DNA of 64,000 nucleotides from NCBI RefSeq assembly GCF_053078305.1, contig NZ_CP166879.1; one strand, 5' to 3'. Shown piece by piece: positions 55,208 to 64,000 of this stretch (position 1 is its first letter; each line of letters starts with the position of its first letter). The notes under the pieces were generated by a model. It saw only the letters and a program-made list of their open reading frames with translations, ran no database searches and was not told where the DNA came from. The position numbers and the translations under genes were made by a program.

Positions 55208-57522
55208 TTTTTTGTTCTCTTTTTATCGGGCATCGCCAGCGGCGAAAGCAGGAAGGCGGTGAAAATACCGCTCACCAGCACAATGCCAAAACTGCTGATG
55301 GCCTGGGTGGCGCTGAATACCAGCATTCCCAGCGTCAGCAAGGTGGTGAGCATTGCCAGCGTGATCGCCAGTAGCGAAGTTAATGGTGTGCCGCGCGGAT
55401 TACTGAAAAACAGCGTGTAGTTGATGCCGATGCCAAGCACCAGCACCAGCGCCAGCAGCGAAAAGAGATTCACCGCCTGCCCGCTCATCGCCAGCACCGC
55501 CAGACCACAACCCAGCGAAAGCACCGAAGGTACAAGGCTGATAAGCCCTTTGCGCCAGCCGAGACGGGCCACTGCGCCGCAGGCAATCACCGCCAGCGCC
55601 ACCAGCAACAAGCCGGTTAAGACATAACGGTAAAGCGCGAACAACTCATCAAAGGTGCTTTTGCGATCAACCCAGGCAATGCCGCAAGGGTAATATGTGG
55701 CGATTTCCTGCATCAACGCGCTACTTTTAACCCCTTCAACCGGCACCAGTACGCCGCTTTCGCCGTTTTCCAGCGTCAGCCACAGCAGACGCCAGCCTTC
55801 ACTGGCAGGGCTTGCCAGCCATTCATCAACGTTCACTGGCATGGCGTTGAGATCCGGGTTCACTGCCGTCAGCCCGGCATTTTGCAGCGCTTTTGTTACT
55901 GTCGGGGCCGCCGTTTTCAGCAGTTGTAAATCTTCCTCCTGCCGCGCAAGGGAGTTCAGCGGAATGGTGCGGTAGTTGCTGATAAGCCCCTCTTTTTTCG
56001 CATACTCAAGTGAGGCGGTATATTTCTCCAGTCGCCGCAATGTTTGCTGTGGCGAATCGCCGTAAACCACAAACCATTTTTGATCGACGCTCTGCCCGGT
56101 CAGGGCGGTAATGGCTTTTTCCTGCGCCAGAATATGCTGCGGTAGCGCCTGTAACTGCGAGATATCGTCATCGACGCGTAGCATTGACATCCCCGCCAGC
56201 GAAAACAGCGCCAGCGCGACGGGCAGACCCAGCGACAGTTTTTTATTGCGCCGCCACGCTGCCAGCCAGCGCAGCATCAGCGCCATCGCCGGAACCGGAC
56301 GCACCGGCAGGCCACGGCACAGCCACGGATGCCAGAACAGGACGGTCAGACAGGAGGCGCTCAACCCGACGGCGGCAAAAATCGCCATCTGGCGAATGCC
56401 GGGGAAGGGGGCGAGCATCATAATCAGATATGCCGCCACGGTGGTGAGCAGCGCCAGCAGCAGGGCATTGCGTACTTTCGCCAGGCTTTGCCACGGCGAA
56501 ACGTCGTTGCCGTGCACCATCCGCTCGGTGAGATAATAGAGCGTGTAGTCAGCGGAAATGCCGATAACGCTCATGCTCATCACCAGCGTCATCAGGTGTA
56601 ATTCACCGAAAATCAATAAAGTGGCGACCGTTCCCGCCAGCGCGCCGATGCCGATGGAAATCACGCAAAGCAACAATGGGCGCAAAGAGCGGAACACCGC
56701 CACAATCAGTAATATCACCCCCAGCAGCGTTGCCACGCCCAGGGTTGAGATATCCTGCTTCGCCTGTTGACTGGCGTAATCGCTGTAAAATACCGTGCCG
56801 CGCGAGAGCAACTGCGCCTGTGGGTAACGCGTTTTCAGATCCTTTTCCAGCGTATTCAGGGTCGTGATGAGCTGGTGGGTTTGCTGCATATCAAACGACG
56901 ATCCCGCCAGTTCGCCGTGCAGCAGATACCAGTAGTTGCCCTGGGGATCCTGCGTCACCAGCCAGCCGTCCATCAGCCGCAAACGCTGGCCATTTTTTGC
57001 CATCGCCAGCTGCGAGCCGCGCATTAACATCAGCGGATCGTTTTGCAGCTCCTTGCCGCTTACCCCGGAGAATGCAGAATAAAGCTGGGAGAGGATCCAC
57101 TGCGCCTGCGCTTCGCCGCCGTTTTGCAGGCGGGCGCGGGTGTCGGGGTCAATCAGGCCGTTGCGGTGCTGCCAGAAAAACGCTCCCCACGCTTGCTGGC
57201 TGGCGGCATCCATTGGCCCTTTAACGTCGCCGAGCGCAGCGGATTTTTGCAGCAGCGTCAGCCACTCCTGAGCCACCCTGGGATTAGCCTCTTTACCGGG
57301 GCTGACCAGCCACACCAGTTGGCGGTCCAGACGCTGCATAAAGCCGTCATTCAGCGCTGGGGGAATATCGCCCATCGCCTGTTTGGGTAACATAGCCAGC
57401 ACGCTACTGTTCAGCCGTGATTGCGGCAGCAGGATCAGCAACGCCGCCGCCATGACCAGGCAGACTAGCCCCCATAACAGCGCGGGGCGTTTACTGGGCG
57501 GCAAAACGTTGGCGTTCGTCAT
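55204..57522 (-). CDS. MMPL/RND-superfamily membrane exporter (ApeM-position)
   Basis: 772 aa; two blocks of ~6 TM helices separated by periplasmic domains. Confidence 0.7.
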   Translation of the reverse strand: MTNANVLPPSKRPALLWGLVCLVMAAALLILLPQSRLNSSVLAMLPKQAMGDIPPALNDGFMQRLDRQLVWLVSPGKEANPRVAQEWLTLLQKSAALGDVKGPMDAASQQAWGAFFWQHRNGLIDPDTRARLQNGGEAQAQWILSQLYSAFSGVSGKELQNDPLMLMRGSQLAMAKNGQRLRLMDGWLVTQDPQGNYWYLLHGELAGSSFDMQQTHQLITTLNTLEKDLKTRYPQAQLLSRGTVFYSDYASQQAKQDISTLGVATLLGVILLIVAVFRSLRPLLLCVISIGIGALAGTVATLLIFGELHLMTLVMSMSVIGISADYTLYYLTERMVHGNDVSPWQSLAKVRNALLLALLTTVAAYLIMMLAPFPGIRQMAIFAAVGLSASCLTVLFWHPWLCRGLPVRPVPAMALMLRWLAAWRRNKKLSLGLPVALALFSLAGMSMLRVDDDISQLQALPQHILAQEKAITALTGQSVDQKWFVVYGDSPQQTLRRLEKYTASLEYAKKEGLISNYRTIPLNSLARQEEDLQLLKTAAPTVTKALQNAGLTAVNPDLNAMPVNVDEWLASPASEGWRLLWLTLENGESGVLVPVEGVKSSALMQEIATYYPCGIAWVDRKSTFDELFALYRYVLTGLLLVALAVIACGAVARLGWRKGLISLVPSVLSLGCGLAVLAMSGQAVNLFSLLALVLVLGIGINYTLFFSNPRGTPLTSLLAITLAMLTTLLTLGMLVFSATQAISSFGIVLVSGIFTAFLLSPLAMPDKKRTKK

Positions 57523-58096
57523 CGGTCAGTTGCGCTGGCGTCAGTTGATGTTGGGTAAGAGCAATATCGGTGCGATCGCCCTGTTTATCATTAAGTTGAA
57601 TGCTCTCCAGATAGGTTTGCCCGGCGAGATCGATGGTGTTGAAAATTTTATCCAGCGGCGTGGTGGTTGGGGTCAGGCGCAGCGTCCAGCGGCCTTCGCC
57701 TTTGTCGGCAAATTCGACGCGGAAGTTTTGTTCCAGCACTTTGCGATCGGCCTGGAACAGCGCGCGCAGCAGGTGGTTAAACTGAAACATCTGCGGGTTG
57801 TTTTCTGCCGTGATGATTTGCGGCGGCTGACCGTTGATCACCTGCACCATGCGTTTATCGTCCAGTAATAGCTGCATGGGGAATGGTGAGGTTTGATCCC
57901 ACAACAGCCCCTGGTCGCGGGCGATCAACATCTGGCCCTGAGATCGCAGCGGCTGCGGCAGATCTTTAATCGTCCGGGTTTGATCGAAATGGGCGCGGAT
58001 CACCGGTTGTTCGGTAAAGCGTTGCTGAAGATCGTCCAGGGTCAGGGCGCTCACAAACGGGCTAATCAGCAGCGCCAGCAGCGGTAAAAATTTCAT
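57491..58096 (-). CDS. LolA-like periplasmic lipoprotein-carrier family protein (ApeL-position)
   Basis: 201 aa; cleavable signal peptide MKFLPLLALLISPFVSA. Confidence 0.5.
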   Translation of the reverse strand: MKFLPLLALLISPFVSALTLDDLQQRFTEQPVIRAHFDQTRTIKDLPQPLRSQGQMLIARDQGLLWDQTSPFPMQLLLDDKRMVQVINGQPPQIITAENNPQMFQFNHLLRALFQADRKVLEQNFRVEFADKGEGRWTLRLTPTTTPLDKIFNTIDLAGQTYLESIQLNDKQGDRTDIALTQHQLTPAQLTDDERQRFAAQ

Positions 58097-58515
58097 GGTT
58101 TGACTCCCATGCGTTCAAACAGAATATCGGGGCTGACAAAGCACAGTTCGCGGCTTTGCTCGTCGACCGCGACCTGAATGGTGTATCCGGTGGTGGCGCG
58201 TTTGCCCGTTTCGGCATCGAAAATCTGATAGCCAATCCGCAGACGGTTTTCGAACTCTTCGATATGCGCACGCACGCGGATGCGTTGCTCAAAGGTGAGA
58301 GCGTGGCGATATTTCACCCGCGCATCGACCACTGGCCACAAATAACCGGACTCTTTCATCTGCCGATAGCCGTAATTGAACTGGTTGAGCAGCGCCTCGC
58401 GGGCCACTTCAAAGTAGCGAAAATAGTTACCGTGCCAGGCCACGCCCATCATATCGACGTCGTGAAAGGGAATGGTCAGCTCGACTTCAGCGGTAAATCG
58501 GGGATCGTTAAGCAC
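58093..58515 (-). CDS. Hotdog-fold acyl-ACP/CoA thioesterase (ApeK-position)
   Basis: 140 aa; 4HBT-type thioesterase size and pattern. Confidence 0.55.
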   Translation of the reverse strand: MLNDPRFTAEVELTIPFHDVDMMGVAWHGNYFRYFEVAREALLNQFNYGYRQMKESGYLWPVVDARVKYRHALTFEQRIRVRAHIEEFENRLRIGYQIFDAETGKRATTGYTIQVAVDEQSRELCFVSPDILFERMGVKP

Positions 58516-58518
58516 CCT

Positions 58519-60195
58519 TTACTCCTTGTCCTGAATTTCCGGCAGTTGCCAGAAATCGAAAAAATTAAACCAGTCGAGGGGCGACTGGAGCGCGTAATGT
58601 TCCAGACGCGCGGCGTAGTGGTCGATAGCGTTTTGCAGCGCCTGTTGGCGTTCGCCACGCGGCAACAGCAGCGGGTCGGCAAAGGTTTCGCAGTGAATAT
58701 GCAGCTTGCCATGCTGGCGTAGGGCGAAAATCAGATTCACTGGGCAGCGCAAAATAGAGGCGAGAATAAACGGCCCCTGTGGGAAGGGCGCAGGCTGGCC
58801 CATAAACGGACTCCAGCAGACGCGCCAGTCGCCGCCGCGTTGCGGGGTGACGGCGATGCGGTCACCGACAATCGCCACCCATTCGCCGTTATCCAGCTTC
58901 TCTTTCAGCAGGATGGCGGTTTCCGGGCCGATATCTGTTACCGGCATCAGGTTAATGCCTGCCTGAGGAGCCATCTCCTGCATTATCTGTTTAAAGCGTT
59001 GGGCGTTTTCGCTAAACACCAGCGCGTTAATGGTTTTGTAGCCCTGAATTTTTGCCAGCGCCCGGCACACTTCCACATCGCCAAGATGCGAGGCCAGCAG
59101 CAATTTGCCGCGCGGATCGCGGACGTCAAGCGCCGCTTCTGCGCCTGGCGCAAACAGCACATCACGCCCCAGTTGTAGCTCGCCGCGCCAGCTGGCGATT
59201 TTGTCGAGCATGGCATTACCGAAACGTAGAAAGTGCTGATAGCTGTTGAGTTTTGCCGCCTGTGGTTGATGCTGTCGTACACGGGCGAGCCAGTCTTGCG
59301 ACGCTTTGCGCGCACGAGAAGCAGTGAGCCAGTAGACGCCCACCACCGGGTAAAGCAGCGCGCTAAACGCCGTTCTTCCCAGCAGACGCCAGACCAGCAG
59401 CATCAGGCGCATTCCCCATAATCCTTTCACTTCACTCTGCCGCGCCCAGTGGCTGGAAGAGCGGCGCATCAGCAGTGAAGGAATACGCGGCAACATGCCG
59501 AAAAACAGACGCGTGTGCATGAGCGAGATGCGGACGTTATCTTTCAGGGCATCAAAATGCGAAAGCCCGTCCTGCGGATAAGTGACGCGGGTTGGCACGA
59601 AATAACTGGTGTTTCCCTGCCAGTAGAGGCGCACCATCACTTCAGTGTCGAAATCCATCCGCTTGCCGATGGTGGCGTGTTTTGCCAGTTGCAGCGTTGG
59701 CGCAACCGGATAAACGCGAAAACCGCACATGCTGTCTTTCAGTTGCAGGGAGAGCGTTTCGATCCATACCCAGACGTGGGTGACCCAGCGCCCGTAAAGC
59801 CGTGAGCGGGGGATGGAGTCATCGTAAATTGGCTGGCCGGAGATCAGCGCCGCAGGGTGTTGTTCAGCGAGTGCCAGCAGTTTGGGGATATCTTCAATCG
59901 CATGTTGACCGTCAGCATCCACCTGCACCGCATGGCTGAACCCTGCGTCTGCCGCTGCCTGTAAGCCACGCATCACTGCCGCGCCTTTACCTGCGTTTTC
60001 TGCTAAGCGGATTAAGGTCACGCCAGGCTGTTCGCTAACCAGATTATCCAGTTGCTGTTGCGTGGCGGCATCGCTGCCGTCGTCCACCACAATACAGGGG
60101 AGATTAAATGGCTTAAGACGCGCCAGCACGCCCGGCATCATCGCGCCGTGGTTATAGCAGGGGATCAACACGCAGGGAGAAAAGTTTACCGACAT
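58519..60195 (-). CDS. Family-2 glycosyltransferase fused to an acyltransferase-like domain (ApeJ-position)
   Basis: 558 aa; N-terminal GT-A pattern (SVNFSPCVLIPCYNH...VVDDGSD...DADGQH). Confidence 0.55.
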   Translation of the reverse strand: MSVNFSPCVLIPCYNHGAMMPGVLARLKPFNLPCIVVDDGSDAATQQQLDNLVSEQPGVTLIRLAENAGKGAAVMRGLQAAADAGFSHAVQVDADGQHAIEDIPKLLALAEQHPAALISGQPIYDDSIPRSRLYGRWVTHVWVWIETLSLQLKDSMCGFRVYPVAPTLQLAKHATIGKRMDFDTEVMVRLYWQGNTSYFVPTRVTYPQDGLSHFDALKDNVRISLMHTRLFFGMLPRIPSLLMRRSSSHWARQSEVKGLWGMRLMLLVWRLLGRTAFSALLYPVVGVYWLTASRARKASQDWLARVRQHQPQAAKLNSYQHFLRFGNAMLDKIASWRGELQLGRDVLFAPGAEAALDVRDPRGKLLLASHLGDVEVCRALAKIQGYKTINALVFSENAQRFKQIMQEMAPQAGINLMPVTDIGPETAILLKEKLDNGEWVAIVGDRIAVTPQRGGDWRVCWSPFMGQPAPFPQGPFILASILRCPVNLIFALRQHGKLHIHCETFADPLLLPRGERQQALQNAIDHYAARLEHYALQSPLDWFNFFDFWQLPEIQDKE

Positions 60196-60569
60196 AGGCG
60201 GATCTTCCCGCTACTGGCGGTGTGGCGGGCGTCACCGTCGTGACGCTGATAGCTAAAGCTCAGAATCTGGCGTTCTTCCTGCCAGTTAAGCGCGAGCGTG
60301 ACGCGGTTTTCCGGCAGCAACGGAGACTGGAATTTTATGTTCTGAATGGAGTGAAAACGCCAGCCAGGCGCGAGCAGATTGAGCGCGTAGCTCATCGCCC
60401 AGTCGATTTGCGCAACTCCTGGGAGTAATGGTTGCACGGCAAAATGACCGCGAAACCAGAACAGATCCGCCCTGAGATGCAGAACAATTTCAAGGTGATT
60501 CGTTTGTGCCTGATGGCGCTCGATTTCATGGGGCTTCATGAAATAACTCCTGTAATTGCGCATAGACAC
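60186..60569 (-). CDS. Hotdog-fold dehydratase (ApeI-position)
   Basis: 127 aa; small hotdog-sized protein overlapping both neighbours. Confidence 0.45.
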   Translation of the reverse strand: MSMRNYRSYFMKPHEIERHQAQTNHLEIVLHLRADLFWFRGHFAVQPLLPGVAQIDWAMSYALNLLAPGWRFHSIQNIKFQSPLLPENRVTLALNWQEERQILSFSYQRHDGDARHTASSGKIRLCR

Positions 60570-61926
60570 GCTTGTTCATACTGTTTACTGGCATTTCATC
60601 AATAACGCGCCAGTAACGCGGAATAGCAACTGGCTCCAGCGTCGGGCGCAGTAATCGCCGCCAGGCCATTTCCTGGCTATGCCCGCCGCCGTTCTGCCAT
60701 TGCAGATGAGCTTCATCATCCAGCACCAGCAAAACGCCAATACTCTGTCGCCCGCCGCGCGTAACGGGAACAGCCGCCGCCTCGCGAATGCCGTCCAGTG
60801 CCAGCAGACGTTGTTCCACTTCCTGCAAAGAAATACGTTTTTCTTCAATCTTAACGATGCGTCCGCGCCGCCCCATCAGATGGAACTGACCGTCTTCGCT
60901 AAACTGTAAGGTATCGTCGAGTAACAAGCCGCTATCTTCCGCCATCAGCGGTGAAAAGAGACGAAAGGCATCATCTTCGGCCTGGAACTGCATACCTGGA
61001 AAGGGCAGCCAGCGTCGCTGCTCTTGTTCGCGGTAACGCCAGGCGATGACGCCGGTTTCCGTGCTGCAGTAGATTTCATCAGGCCAGACGCGTAGCCAGC
61101 TCGCGGTGTGTTGTACGTCCTGCCACGGTAGCTCACCGCCAGCGGACAGAAGCACCTGAACAGGCGGCGGAGAAAGCTGGGTATCCAGGCGCTTCAAAAA
61201 TGCCGGGCTGCTGATGAAGATATAGCGATGCTGATGACTCAACGCGGCAAGCTGTTCGACATACCAGAGCATGGCGGCGTGGAGCGGTAATCCCAGCGCC
61301 ATTGGCAGGAAAACGCGAAAAGTCAGGCCATATAAATGCTGCGGCAATACGGAACCGACGACACGACAACCCGCCAGACGTGCGCCTAATCGTTCAGCCA
61401 GCAGTTCTGCTTCACGATCCAGCAAATGAATAGGTTTAATCACCCGTTTCGGCTGTCCCGTGGAACCGGAGGTAAACAGCTCGATAAAAGCCTCTGGCGC
61501 TATAGCAGCAAAGGTGAAGGATTGTGTCGCGATTTGTGGGGAACTTGCTACCAACAGCAATGAACCTTGCCAGTTAAGTTCGCTGTCGCTAAGCACACCA
61601 TCGAACAGTTCACGTTGCTCGTTAAGCTGGATGACACGGTTATGCCCCGGAAGCACCGGTGTTTTTCCGGCGTGTAGCGTGGCGAGCAGGGCAACGATAA
61701 ACAGATAGCTGTTCTCAAAGCACAGCGCCCAGCGTTCACCCGGCTGTTGCTGCAAGCGGCAGATAAGTTGCGCGACATCGTGACGCAAATCGCCCAGCGT
61801 CCAGGTACTTTCGTTCAGCCACGCAATGGGTGTGTCATCAGGGCGTGGCGCAGTCAGCCAGCGTGCAAGCGGTAAGGTCTGCTTCATGCGCGATCTCTTT
61901 TCATAACCTGGCGGCGCACCAGCCAT
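60526..61926 (-). CDS. AMP-dependent synthetase/ligase (aryl/acyl-adenylating enzyme; ApeH-position)
   Basis: 466 aa; AMP-binding motif FTSGSTGQPKRV; true start may be the internal MKQTLPLARW. Confidence 0.7.
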   Translation of the reverse strand: MAGAPPGYEKRSRMKQTLPLARWLTAPRPDDTPIAWLNESTWTLGDLRHDVAQLICRLQQQPGERWALCFENSYLFIVALLATLHAGKTPVLPGHNRVIQLNEQRELFDGVLSDSELNWQGSLLLVASSPQIATQSFTFAAIAPEAFIELFTSGSTGQPKRVIKPIHLLDREAELLAERLGARLAGCRVVGSVLPQHLYGLTFRVFLPMALGLPLHAAMLWYVEQLAALSHQHRYIFISSPAFLKRLDTQLSPPPVQVLLSAGGELPWQDVQHTASWLRVWPDEIYCSTETGVIAWRYREQEQRRWLPFPGMQFQAEDDAFRLFSPLMAEDSGLLLDDTLQFSEDGQFHLMGRRGRIVKIEEKRISLQEVEQRLLALDGIREAAAVPVTRGGRQSIGVLLVLDDEAHLQWQNGGGHSQEMAWRRLLRPTLEPVAIPRYWRVIDEMPVNSMNKRVYAQLQELFHEAP

Positions 61927-62465
61927 TCACCAGCCATTAACGTCCCCATCAACAAATAAGCAATCATGCCGTTCCAGGCGGTCCATAACGACATATCGGC
62001 ATAAAGCGTGGTAAAGAGGGCAATTCCACCGTTAATGATGAAAAAGCCGCACCAGATTTGCGTGACGTGGCGGGTATAGCGCACGCCCTTTTCCGGGAGG
62101 TCTGGCTCCTGCAACCGCGCCAGCCGCTCAACTATCGGCATTGCCGACCACAGCGAACCGCCAAAAACCGCCAGCATGACCGCGTTAACCACTACCGGGT
62201 AAAACAGCAGTAGCTGGTGCGTTTTCAACATAAAGCTGGCGACACATAATGCGATGCCCACGACAGCGACGATTTGTGTGACGACCTGGAGCGGCCCCGC
62301 CTGGCGACGGGTCTGGCGCAGGCGCAACAAAAGCAGCAACGCTATTAGCGGCAACAGCCAGTGCAGGCCGTTATGCGCTAAGCCAAACCAAATCACAAAC
62401 GGCCAGGCGAGCAGCAATAATCCAGTCAGCAGCTTAATCATCGGTAGCGAGCGAATGCCCGACAT
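61884..62465 (-). CDS. Integral membrane protein (ApeG-position)
   Basis: 193 aa with ~5 hydrophobic helices. Confidence 0.45.
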   Translation of the reverse strand: MSGIRSLPMIKLLTGLLLLAWPFVIWFGLAHNGLHWLLPLIALLLLLRLRQTRRQAGPLQVVTQIVAVVGIALCVASFMLKTHQLLLFYPVVVNAVMLAVFGGSLWSAMPIVERLARLQEPDLPEKGVRYTRHVTQIWCGFFIINGGIALFTTLYADMSLWTAWNGMIAYLLMGTLMAGEWLVRRQVMKRDRA

Positions 62466-62469
62466 CAGA

Positions 62470-62721
62470 TCAGGCTTCTTGTAGCAGGCGTTCTACAGCC
62501 TCGACGACATCCTGGACTGTACGCACTGCTTTAAACTCTTCCGGCTTGATTTTCTTACCGGTTTTCTTTTGCAGGTGCACAATCATGTCAACGGCGTCGA
62601 TGCTGTCCAGTTCCAGATCTTCGTACAGGCGCGCTTCAGGTTTGATGTCCTGCGGATCGATTTCAAACAGCTTAACCAACAGGGCCGAGACTTCCTGATA
62701 GACGGTTTGTTGTTCTGTCAT
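62470..62721 (-). CDS. Acyl carrier protein
   Basis: 83 aa; phosphopantetheine attachment motif LELDSIDAVDMI. Confidence 0.75.
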   Translation of the reverse strand: MTEQQTVYQEVSALLVKLFEIDPQDIKPEARLYEDLELDSIDAVDMIVHLQKKTGKKIKPEEFKAVRTVQDVVEAVERLLQEA

Positions 62722-62732
62722 GATGGCTTTCC

Positions 62733-62990
62733 TCAGGCACGTTGCGCAGCAATGAAAGAGGCCAGAGTGGCGACGGAGAAAAAGTGCTGACGCATCTCTT
62801 CGCTTTCCGCAGAGAGCACGATGCCGTACTCATTTTTTACTGCCAGTCCCAGTTCCAGGGCATCGATAGAGTCCAGCCCTAAACCGTCGCCAAACAGCGG
62901 CGCGTCGGTATCGATATCATCAGGCGTCAACTCGTCCAGATTGAGGGTGCTGATGATGAGGTTTTTAATTTCCAGATAAAGCGCTTGCAT
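62733..62990 (-). CDS. Acyl carrier protein
   Basis: 85 aa; motif GLDSIDALEL. Confidence 0.75.
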   Translation of the reverse strand: MQALYLEIKNLIISTLNLDELTPDDIDTDAPLFGDGLGLDSIDALELGLAVKNEYGIVLSAESEEMRQHFFSVATLASFIAAQRA

Positions 62991-63804
62991 TATTTATTCC
63001 TGAGAGAGGTAAACAACCTTGTTGTAATTGAAGCAAAAGATGCCGGTTTAACTGCCTTGCTGCCAGCGCCGGTTCTTGTGAAGTTGCATCGTAAAATTTA
63101 TTGATTTCAACCCGACCATGGACTGCAACCGTAAAAAACGGCCGGTCAGGTGGAACGTCATACCATTTACTTTGTTTATCCAGCAGATGCTCGCTACAGC
63201 CGATTGTCACGATGCGTAAATCGCTGGCGCAGCGCACGGCAATATTCGCCGCCCCGCGCTGCAGCGTCATTTTTTCACCGGGCTTCGTTCGCGTGCCTTC
63301 GGGGAAAATCAGGATAGTGTCACCCTGTGCCAGTCGCTGTTGGCAGCGGGGTAACAGGGTTTCAGCTTCGCTGTTGATTAAATAATCTGCCGCCCGCACG
63401 ACGCCGCCAAGAAAAGGATTTTTTAACAGCGCGCTTTTCACCAGGCAGTCAGTTTCTGGCATGACTGACGCCAGCAGCACGTAATCGATCAGCGTGGGAT
63501 GATTGGCTACGACGAGGCAACCGCGTTCCTGACGTAAAATTTCAGCGCCATCAATACGATAATCCAGCACGCCAAGCCCTTTCGCGACAGTTAAAAACAG
63601 GCGAAAACTGGCGGCAATGCTGCGACGCGCCAAACGACGGCGGCGGGAAGTATCCCACACTAAAACTAACAATATGTTAAACCACACGACAGAAAGCAGC
63701 AGGCCGCCGAGACCAAACAGGGCAAAACATAACCCGGTCATGACCAGTCGCCAGGTCCACTCCAGACGTGACATCAGCTTACTCATCTGTGGCTCCAGCG
63801 CCAT
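62965..63804 (-). CDS. Lysophospholipid acyltransferase (PlsC-like; ApeD-position)
   Basis: 279 aa; NHPTLID (HX4D) and FPEGTR motifs; N-terminal TM segment. Confidence 0.7.
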   Translation of the reverse strand: MALEPQMSKLMSRLEWTWRLVMTGLCFALFGLGGLLLSVVWFNILLVLVWDTSRRRRLARRSIAASFRLFLTVAKGLGVLDYRIDGAEILRQERGCLVVANHPTLIDYVLLASVMPETDCLVKSALLKNPFLGGVVRAADYLINSEAETLLPRCQQRLAQGDTILIFPEGTRTKPGEKMTLQRGAANIAVRCASDLRIVTIGCSEHLLDKQSKWYDVPPDRPFFTVAVHGRVEINKFYDATSQEPALAARQLNRHLLLQLQQGCLPLSGINNASALSGN

Positions 63805-64000
63805 TGCACGCGCTCGCCAGGCAGTGAAAATGTGTCTACATTTTGTAAATAGTGCTGTAAAAACAACATGCTTTGCGGCAGTGTTGTTTCATTGCCCGCA
63901 ATGGCTGACTGCGTTTCACATTGCCAGTCATCGCCAGCTTCAATCACCAGCGCGACGGCGTACGGCCAGGTCGGCATTTCTGATGGCAGTTGTGGGTGAT
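63783..64000 (-). CDS. 3' end of a further cluster gene, truncated by the window edge
   Basis: Minus-strand frame is open from the window edge to the stop at 63783; product cannot be assigned from 72 residues. Confidence 0.3.
   Translation of the reverse strand, partial: HPQLPSEMPTWPYAVALVIEAGDDWQCETQSAIAGNETTLPQSMLFLQHYLQNVDTFSLPGERVQWRWSHR

Noticed and set aside
55421-57868. Series of overlapping plus-strand ORFs of 60-161 aa
   Set aside because: All lie antisense to the MMPL exporter and LolA-like genes in a GC-rich stretch; Ala/Arg/Pro-rich translations characteristic of frame artefacts.

Overview
This window reads as an Escherichia coli chromosomal segment syntenic with the K-12 slp-dctR / gor / prlC / uspA-pitA / yhiI-rbbA-yhhJ / nikABCDE-nikR / acpT region, in inverted orientation and from a non-K-12 background. 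All identifications are from reading the translated ORFs and motifs; no database search was run. Recognised core genes are chuA-chuS, dctR, slp, yhiS, arsC, dinQ, gor, rlmJ, prlC, rsmJ, dtpB, uspA, uspB, pitA, yhiN, yhiM, yhiL/yhiJ, yhiI, rbbA, yhhJ, nikR-nikEDCBA and acpT. Accessory content relative to K-12: (1) an ~8.9 kb sugar-alcohol PTS island between rsmJ and dtpB; (2) a HicA/HicB-like pair plus a galactitol-type PTS/kinase/aldolase island between yhhJ and nikR; (3) a fatty-acid-synthase-like cluster upstream of acpT with aryl-polyene (APE)-type architecture, cut by the window edge. Apparent lesions: an in-frame TAG inside chuA, a +1 frameshift in an A7 tract in yhiJ, and loss of arsR and most of arsB leaving an orphan arsC. 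I did not find a clearly unprecedented system; the best candidates for new biology are the PTS island of unknown substrate and the DUF4049 YhiL/YhiJ paralog pair, which carry metallophosphoesterase-like motifs.
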